Positions 55,701-64,000 of a DNA stretch of 64,000 nucleotides are shown one piece after another; position 1 is the first letter of the stretch; each line of letters opens with the position of its first letter. The stretch lies in assembly GCF_009914755.1 (NCBI RefSeq), contig NC_060926.1. One strand, 5' to 3'. The stretch is from the human T2T-CHM13v2.0 reference genome, Homo sapiens. A program made the position numbers and the translations under genes. Below the pieces are notes generated by a model. That model saw only the letters and a list, made by a program, of their open reading frames with translations, was not told the DNA's origin and ran no database searches.

Positions 55701-56717
55701 TCTCTAGATATTAAACTGAGTTGACAGTTCCCAAGCATCTGATAGTCAACTAAATCTTACCGCAAGGCCCTGCATTAAATCAGGGCTTTCAGATTTAGAA
55801 CAAGGAGATCATTTTCTGCTTCTCCTATACTGGTTGACAACGTATGTTCCACCATTTTTCATTAATAAAATTGTATATTAGAGATTTTATAGGAATCCTG
55901 TTTTATCTCAGCCCTATACTAGGCAGTACATGTGATGGTATAAAATATGATTTATTTCCATATAATTCTAAGGAATTTGGGATGCTGTTTATTTTAAAGA
56001 ATACATTTAATTGGCCTTTAGCTTTAGGAAATAAACATTTTTAAAGTGAATTATATGATGTCATTAATTTATCCTGAGCAGAAAACTAACTCTAAGTTGA
56101 GAACAATAGTGTCAACTCCTCCAATATGGAATTTCCCCCACTGTGCCCGAGTTGGCATTAAACCAGCTTCCATGCTCCACCTCTCTCATCAACAGAGTCT
56201 ACCCTGCTGTCAAATGATTGTGGGCTCAAGCTCACAGCCAGTCATTTAAACCTCCAGCATTAAAGGGGGTTTCAGGAAGTAAAATCAAAATGCTGAAAAC
56301 AGAGAACAGAACATGGGCACTTGTATGGTATCTTTCTGGAAACAAGGAGGCTATACTTGAAGAACAGTGGCTAGCAGCCTCAAAGAAAGGGAAATTTGAG
56401 GAGAAAAAGAATAATTTCCTGCGCCCAATGACTCTGTTTCTGACAATGGGCCTTCTCATGGGCTAATCTCTATGCATGGGCCTCAAAGAGCAGCCACAGG
56501 CCTGGAAAGCAAAGAAGTGCTTTGTGATAGGTGCTCAGTGGGATTTGTTCAAATGAATGAAGGCATGAGCGAAGAAACAAATGAACAGAATGCCCTTTCC
56601 TTCCAGACTAGCAATCTTTCTTCTGCTCATCAGAGAGCAATTGTCTCCATGTTGCTTTCTAAAGTGCTTCTTGGCTTACTGGAAATACATCATTCTTTCT
56701 TCACAATTCATGCCCTA

Positions 56718-56937
56718 TAATGGTATTTTTCAAAGTGTGGCCCACACACCATCTACATCCAAATTACCTGAGGTGTTGGTGAAAACTACAGATTCCTGGG
56801 CCCTATTCTACACCTACTGAATCAGCATTTCTGGGGATGGGCTCAGGAATCTGCACTTTTAACACACTCCATGTGATTCTATTTTACAAAGAGGTTTGAG
56901 GAGATTCTATTTTACAAAGAGGTTTGAGTAGCATTGC
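56718..56937. mobile_element. MER5A-like hAT-Charlie with an internal tandem duplication
   Basis: TCAAAGTGTGGCCC...CAGATTCCTGGGCCC...CCTACTGAATCAG...CAGGAATCTGCACTTTTAAC. Confidence 0.85.
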
Positions 56938-59799
56938 ATTATGTGAACTGTATTATTACCATCAGTAAACATTTATGAAGCAACCACTATGTTCATTGCA
57001 AATTTTAGTCTTCACTGTATGAAAATCTGTAGGAAGTCTGTAATCTGTTCTATCATGTTGTTTGATGCTTTCTAATGTTGAATGCATCTGTTTGCCTTAT
57101 TACCACAGTCATCTTTATTAAAAACATTCATACACATCCTGTATCATGATGAGTTTCCTATAGAATGAGAAAAACAGGTAGAAATATTTCCCTTCAAACT
57201 CTAGACAGAAAATCTGAAATATGAGAGTACCATTGAGGATATAAAGCTTAGAACCTAGCTAAAGAGTTAAGGGAGAAGGGAATTGTTCCTTTCAGTTTTC
57301 TGTAGTTTGGAAGTTCCTTCAATCCTGAAATAGTAATTTGTTTAAGCAAGTTTGTCTGATCTTTGTCCAATATGGCTTCACATAATAAAATGAAATTCCT
57401 TTTATGAATTCTAATCAGAATTCCTTTTACGAATTGACACAAGATAAGTCCAGACTATTTGGCTTGGCTAATTCTCTTTGGTAAGAAAAATTTCTTGGGT
57501 GTAAAAGAATTTTTTTTAAAGAAGAAAAAAAAATCTTGAAATAGGTTCATGTTCCTAAAAAGTAAGCTTGCATAAAGACTGTTCTTGTTGCCAAGTTCAG
57601 GAGATTTCTAATGCAATGTAAAGGATTAAGTGACACACTGAAGAGAGATTTGAAAAGTTAACTATGCTGCATGTGAACAGAAAGCCTTTAGCATCTCTAC
57701 ATAACATCCTTGCATGAAAGAAACGTGGATTAAAACCACTGTGACTTAACATAGTACACACTTTGTTGCAGACAATAGGTAGGTAATTGATCAGTTGTTC
57801 TCCACTGACTTTTCAATCTCGTGTTTACAGCAATAAAAACATAAAGCAGTACTCATGCAGACACCGGCAAAGAAGCATATTGTGATGGATTTACTATTTC
57901 CTTTGTATAGGCCTTAGATTGGAAATTAGCTGAACTTGTAGATTTTGAGTCCTCATTCGTCATATGAGGGGCTGGCCTGCCAATGCAAGGCATGTTGCTG
58001 CACAAACATAAGATCTCCAGGAAAACAGCGTTCTGATGTGGGCACACCCAGCCTGATCTGGGCAAATGCTTTAAGCATGCCTTGCCAAGGGAAATGGGCG
58101 ATTAAAAGAAAGGCTGTCAGGATCCTAGTGAAAAAGAGGCCATAGAGACGTCAACCATCCTGGATGACCTAAGGTTCTACCACTATTAGGTGAGAGACAC
58201 TGTAGCTTCCCCAAAGGTTGGTACTATAAAGGAGAGTTCACTAGACTTCTAAAGATAAAGGGCAATTTTATAAGACAGAACTGAAAGGACTCAAATAAAA
58301 TATAATGACTTTTAATTTATAAAGGCACTGGTGGATTGTTGCCTGGTGTCAACCAGAATCTTGTACCCAGTTAAGAGGAATAAGTTCAATTGTTCAGAAA
58401 GAAAAAATATATTTTTAAAAATTCGTTGTTTTAGTGATCATTTAATAATTGTTCATTGCAATAGTTACAAAGAAATCAATTTAACTTTAATTCTCATGTC
58501 TCCAAAAGGAAAAAGAAGATAGCTTTATAATTATTTTACATGAAATCTTTAGAGCAATTTATAAGCACTGCACATTTGAAACAATGAAGGAAAAATCTAA
58601 GGCATTTCCTACTGCAAGATTCAATTGTATGAAGGCAAAAGGGGCTAGGAGTAGTATATTGCCCAAATGAGCATAGGATGTATATACTCAAATCAACTAA
58701 GAGTTTATAGGAGCTGGATTTCATTGATTAGGACTGTTTTCTCTCCTGAAAGCATCTGATGGTTAGAAAGTTTAAAAATAAAAAAGTCCATCTGTTAGCT
58801 TGATTCAGCTGTGTGAGTATTGCTGATAATTCATCAACAAAACACATAATCTACCTCACTTGTAGAAAAGGGCAAGAGGAGAATCCTCAAATGGGGAAAA
58901 ACAAATTCCGTCATAGATTCAAAAAGCCCAAATAGATTTTGTCTTCTTTTCCCTCTTATCTTTTTCTCTTGGCCCATCTTATGTAAAGATGCTGCCCCTG
59001 GCTTATATCTTTGGTATTCTCCTTCATCCAGTGGAATTTGTGCTGTGTCTTAAGAGCTCTTCTGAATCATAAGTAGTGTATTAATTAATTATTGAGCAAG
59101 TGAAACAAATTGCACATCAGTGTATTTTATAATTATTCTCCAATTAGATTTGGTTTATTGAGTTAGAGGAGGAGGAGAATGGGATTTCTGGTTAGACTGG
59201 AGGGAGCAGCATGCAGGGTTATGTTCTGAATTGGGAAATATTTTGAGCTTTCTTATTAAATAAAATCAGTCATTACATGTATCCACAGCAGCTGGAAGAG
59301 TGTAGAGAGAATGTTATTCCAAGAATCAGATGCCATGTTCCTTATTTGCAGGATTTCCCCAACTTTTGGAAAGGCTGCAGCTGATATGCAAGTGCGAAAT
59401 GCTGTCTGGAGAAGATATGCTGGAAAGGGAAAGAGAAGGAGTTGAAATGTTATTGGCATGGGGTCAATAAGGCAAAGGGTCAGGAATTTAGAGTATTTCG
59501 ATGGAAGAACAATTTTGGATCTGGGATATCAAGGAAGAGAAACAGAAATCACAACGGACATCACATTCAAATGGTCACATGCCATAGAGATACCATTATA
59601 AAAAAAAAAAATTCTTGTACCTTTGGAAGTATCCCACTTCTGTTACTGCTAGTACATGTTTAGTGTGCGTATTCCTGAAATATTTGGTTATGAGCTTTGG
59701 ACTCTTTTCACTTGTAACCTTTTCTCTCCTACACTAGGGATCCTCAACCAAGGTCCTCCACACTTGTCAACGTTCTATACAATCTGGCCACTATCTCCT

Positions 59800-60250
59800 T
59801 TCAAATGTTACCCTTCCTGTGTTACCTCCAGAAACCTCTGCACAGCCATGCTGCTCCATCCTCTGAACACTTGTAATGCCTACCTGCACTTGTTCAGAGC
59901 ATAGCTCAATCTCTGCTTGATCCTCCTCTTACCCATTTCCATATTCTACCCAGCCTTCAATGTCCAGCACAAACACTTCCTCCCTTAGGAAGCTCCCCCT
60001 GCTTTCTCTACCCTGAGAACCCATGGTGCTTCTTTCTGAACCATTAGTTTGGCAACTTACTACATGCCATCATATATATTATTGCTTATATTGTTATTAA
60101 CATTTTGAGGTGCTATGCCTTGTCTTTCTTATGTGGCTGTTTGCCCTTTGAGAGCAGCAGCTGGGTCTTCTATCTTTATACCCTCCACAGGCTCTAGGAC
60201 AGTGCCTGATGCACAGTTGGAGCTCAATTAATGTAGAATGATAAATTTGT
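59800..60250 (+). mobile_element. L2 3' region
   Basis: Ends CTAGGACAGTGCCTGATGCACAGTTGGAGCTCAATTAATG. Confidence 0.65.
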
Positions 60251-60345
60251 AAACAACAAAAACAAATTATAAGTTCTAAGAAACGTTTCTTCCATTCCTT
60301 GCAATTTCTTCTTCCCAATAATATTAGATTTATTAAACCTAATTT

Positions 60346-60645
60346 ATTTATTTATTTATTTTTTGAGACGGAGTCTTGCTCTGCCGCCCAGGCTGGAGTT
60401 CAGTGGCATGATCTCTGCTAACTGCAAGCTCTGCCTCCCGGGTTCACGCCATTCTCCTGTCTCAGCCTCCTGAGTAGCTGGGACTACAGGAGCCCACCAC
60501 CATGCCCGGCTGATTTTTTGTATTTTTAGTAGAGAGGGGGTTTCACCCTGTTAGCCAGGATGGTCTCAATCTCCTGACCTCGTGATCTGCCCACCTCGGC
60601 CTCCCAAAGTGCTGGGATTACAGGCGTGAGCCACCGTGCCCAGCC
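60346..60645 (-). mobile_element. AluY, full length
   Basis: GGTTCACGCCATTCTCC and TTAGCCAGGATGGTCTC diagnostics; (TTTA)n tail; TSD TAAACCTAATTT. Confidence 0.97.
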
Positions 60646-62031
60646 TAAACCTAATTTTTAAATTTGTTAGATGCTTAATTAAAAAAAAACTAATAAATTA
60701 TTAGCTTTTAAAAAGTATTTAATTACCGTGAAGGAGGGCCCAAGGGATGTGAACTACTCTGTTTCTTGGCATAATACTTGTATTTTCTCATAAAATGCAA
60801 TAGAATAATATTACCTTAAGGAAATTACTTATCTTCATTAAATTTTTGTATTTATTCTTGCTTCCCTCCTTACTATTTGAGAATAACTGATGAACTTGCT
60901 GCACGACATAAATAGTAAAAGGAGGAAGAGACAGATATCACGTTGGCTTTCTGGCTCCTTTCATACAGAAATGTCCCAGGTTTGACCTCTTTTCTTCAGT
61001 CGACACTCACCCGTTGCTTCTGCTCTCCTTTCTCAGGTTAGGGCTGGGCAGGAGCCCAATGTGATATTCTCCTACATCACTGAGCTATTGGAAATGCAGC
61101 ATGCATCAAGAGGCAGCTAAGTGGTTAATTGCAATTCATGGACTCAGCCAAACTAAAAGGCAGCTTGTTCACCAAGCCACCCTCCTTTTTCCTCTTTTCT
61201 CTGGAGCAATCCCAGCTCTAATTAAAATGTAATATTCTCCTTATGTGATTCCTTGGAAAAGTTTGTGGAATGACCACATAATACAGAGCAGATTTTCCAG
61301 ATGTTCCCTGTCTTGGCTGGTATTCTCATGCACAGAATCTCCACCTCCAAATTTCTCTTCTATATACTTACCAGATGACCTCCTCTCTCCTCCCACTTCT
61401 CCCCTGCTGTCCCTGATACATTGTACATAACTTCCTGAGTCTTATTGTTGTGCCTTCAGTGTGTAAGAACCATTACTGAAGTGCAGTGGGCCAAGAAAAA
61501 AGTAATACTTGCCTCCAAAGAGCACTTTAATGCTATTTACAATGGAAAAAACAACTTTGAACTGCTTCCAAAATAACAGGCATTAAAATCACTTCTGTTT
61601 GCAGTTGAGATGGATTTTGCAGTAACCTTTCCAAACCTGCTTCCTCTGAATGTTTTTCAGTCCAGAGAGTGGCTTTCTCAATGAAAATTTAAAATGGTGC
61701 CCACATAAACACTTGACATACACCGCAAAAGGCAATTTTCCAACACTTACTCAAACAGTTGCTCGTGAAACCAGGGTCTGCAGTCACACGATCCCAGTGA
61801 AGATTGTACAAGCCTAGAGATATTATGAAACACTGTTGCAAGCCATGAATCAATAAAAGTGGCCACGATGGCATAGCCATCAGGTTTAGGCACATGTTTG
61901 ATAAAGTGATCATTTAACATAGTTCCATGAATTCAATTTCCCACGTCTTTCCCCCACGTATTTTCCATCAACCTTATATCCCTTCAGTCTTTTAATCTGG
62001 GTTCATAAAATGTTACGAGGATTTCTCAGCC

Positions 62032-62340
62032 AGAGGTTGCAAAATGGCACTCTGTAAGTGAAATCTATGTGATTTCTGTTTCATTTTTAATTCGTATAGG
62101 TTTTTTTCCCCACAATTTATGAATCCATACTAACATACAATTTTATGTTTTAAAATTGTAATATTCCACTCAAAAATTTGGATTCTTGGCTTCTTTTGAG
62201 ATATCATTTTGGTCTAGCACTGTTCTGCTAGCACGAAATTGAACGGCTGTCCCCTTCACAGGGGCAGGAAACTGGTATTCTCTGGAGCTTCTGATTCTAG
62301 TCATTTTTTCCTCTTCACCTCCCTGGCATTGAATTTAACA
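62032..62340 (+). mobile_element. MER102-like hAT-Charlie
   Basis: CAGAGGTTGCAAAATGGC...AAAAATTTGGATTCTTGGCTTCTTTTGA...CGGCTGTCCCCTTCACAGGGGCA. Confidence 0.6.
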
Positions 62341-62529
62341 TTTTGAGTCATAACTTTTTCAGTTTAAACATTTTATAGCCAAAAATTCAGCCAAGCAAGA
62401 CATTTAAAGCCATATGTCCTAAGTTAATTTTTTTTTGAAATCTAAATTCTTTCTCCATAGTATATTTCTCACTTATCTATATTCTTGACATCGGATTCCC
62501 AAGTAAACTGAGGTTCATCACATAGCAAA

Positions 62530-62900
62530 CCTACGTGCTATGTTAAGAACAAGGGCTCTGGAGTCATGCAGTCTTGACTACTTTCTAGCTGTGTGGTGCT
62601 GGAAAAATTGCTTAAATTCTTTGTACATCCTTTTTCTTATCTCTAAAATAGGAATACTCCTTAACGCAGTAATTCTCAACTATAGTGTGCATCCAAATAA
62701 TCTAGAGGGCTTGTGAAAACATGATTGCTGTTCCCAGCCCCAGAGTTTCTGATTCAGTAGGTCTGGGATGGGGTCTAGAAATCTGCATTTCTAACAAGTT
62801 CACAGGTTATGTCACTGGTCCAGGGACCACACTTTGAGAACAACTGTGTAACCCACTGGATGAAAGTTAAACATGATAATTGTGTAAAACACAGGGTGCG
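62530..62900 (+). mobile_element. MIR SINE split by MER5A
   Basis: GTTAAGAACAAGGGCTCTGGAGTCA...CTAGCTGTGTG; resumes after 62846. Confidence 0.7.
62667..62846. mobile_element. MER5A hAT-Charlie, near full length
   Basis: CAGTAATTCTCAAC...CCCCAGAGTTTCTGATTCAGTAGGTCTGGGATGGGG...GGGACCACACTTTGAGAACAACTG. Confidence 0.9.
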
Positions 62901-63491
62901 GTGAACTAGTCATTTTGACTGCAAGAAAAAGTTATATTTAACTTGTTAGAGGTTCAAAGTTTAACTCTTTATAAAGCCTGATGAATTATTGCATTTTTAT
63001 AAATAGTATTGATTAGTGGAGATTCCACATGTAATTATTTCATTTCTGCAACCTATATATTTTTATAATGAAAAAGATAAAACTCACACCTTAACCATGT
63101 TCTGGTCTTACTTTGGGTCTCTTGCTCTTTCACTGCTGTAAGGGGAGAATTAATAGATTTGTCATAAGACATTGGAAGGAAAGATGAGCTGGAAAGGTAT
63201 CATCTTAGATTGCCATGAATGAAATCACATTCCATTCTTCCACTACCCCCTCCGTCCTCCTCCCATACCCTCCTGGAATCTAGACCCAGTGATGGAGGAT
63301 CACCCTAACAATGCAGCGTTCCCTCTCGTCTGCAGAGAACACAAAACAATCCATGTTCCACTGGCTGTTTGTCTGTCCCTTCCCTCTCCCTGCGTTGCCC
63401 CAGTGCTGGGCAATGAGACATGGCATGGCCTCATAGCAGACTCAAGAATCCTGGGAGTGAGTTCCACATGGACTTAAAATCATTAAACAGA

Positions 63492-63562
63492 TTTCTTCCT
63501 CCTTTTCCTCTCTCCTTCCCTATCTCCCTCCTTTCTTTCTCTTTCTCTTTCCTTTTTTCCTA
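63492..63562. repeat. CT-rich low-complexity tract
   Basis: Direct reading. Confidence 0.8.
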
Positions 63563-64000
63563 TATTTGAACATTAAATGTCATAGGGATATAGTATCCAT
63601 TTTGCAATACTGGCAACTGACACCTCTTTAAAAGAAACTCTAGAACCCAATCCTATTTGCCTGATTCTAAAAAAGAAGTTCTAGCACAGTATTCAGGCAT
63701 ATTCTACTCACAAAAATAGCCCTGGTGCACATGCAACAAATAGAAGCTATGTAAATAACACATGGAGTTGAATGTGTTATATCTAATTACAAATTTATGG
63801 ACTCCTAATTTTCAAAAAGCTTAACCATTACATTGTACTCTACTTCTTCCTGTGGTAGACCACTTGGGATTTCAATGCCTCTTCATCTGGGAGAAATGGG
63901 AGTGAATGTGAGCTGCAGGGGCTTGTGGAGGTGCTGGGGAAAGCTTACCCGAGTGATAGGCTTGTTGAATGGTAAATTTTGTTACCAAGGAAGGAAGTCT

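Overview
This is primate (human-like) nuclear genomic DNA, not a prokaryotic window. About 15 Alu/FLAM/FRAM copies (AluJ, AluS, AluY) are present, many with readable target-site duplications (TSDs). Other repeats are a 5'-truncated L1PA, older L1M/L2/MIR fragments, MaLR and ERVL solo LTRs (THE1, MLT1, MLT2A1, LTR16, LTR47) and DNA-transposon fossils (Arthur1, Tigger3, MER5, MER63, MER102). I recognise no protein-coding exon, RNA gene or CRISPR array. The ORF track is explained by Alu/L1 translations, the GC-rich island and chance; only the L1 ORF2 remnants are real protein homology. The main functional landmark is a CpG island at ~24.2-25.0 kb with RFX X-boxes and a CTCF-like site but no recognisable coding exon. 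I cannot name the locus. I found no support for a new biological system. The most interesting signals are genome-evolution fossils and candidate regulatory elements: an inverted pair of unusually similar Tigger3 copies (possible local hop), a 47-bp duplicate preserving a pre-Alu empty site, a 28-bp exact dispersed doublet, an exact ETS:AP-1 composite site, and an MLT2A1 LTR facing a candidate exon. Repeat family names come from my recollection of consensus sequences, and boundaries are approximate unless a TSD is quoted; RepeatMasker/Dfam should confirm them.
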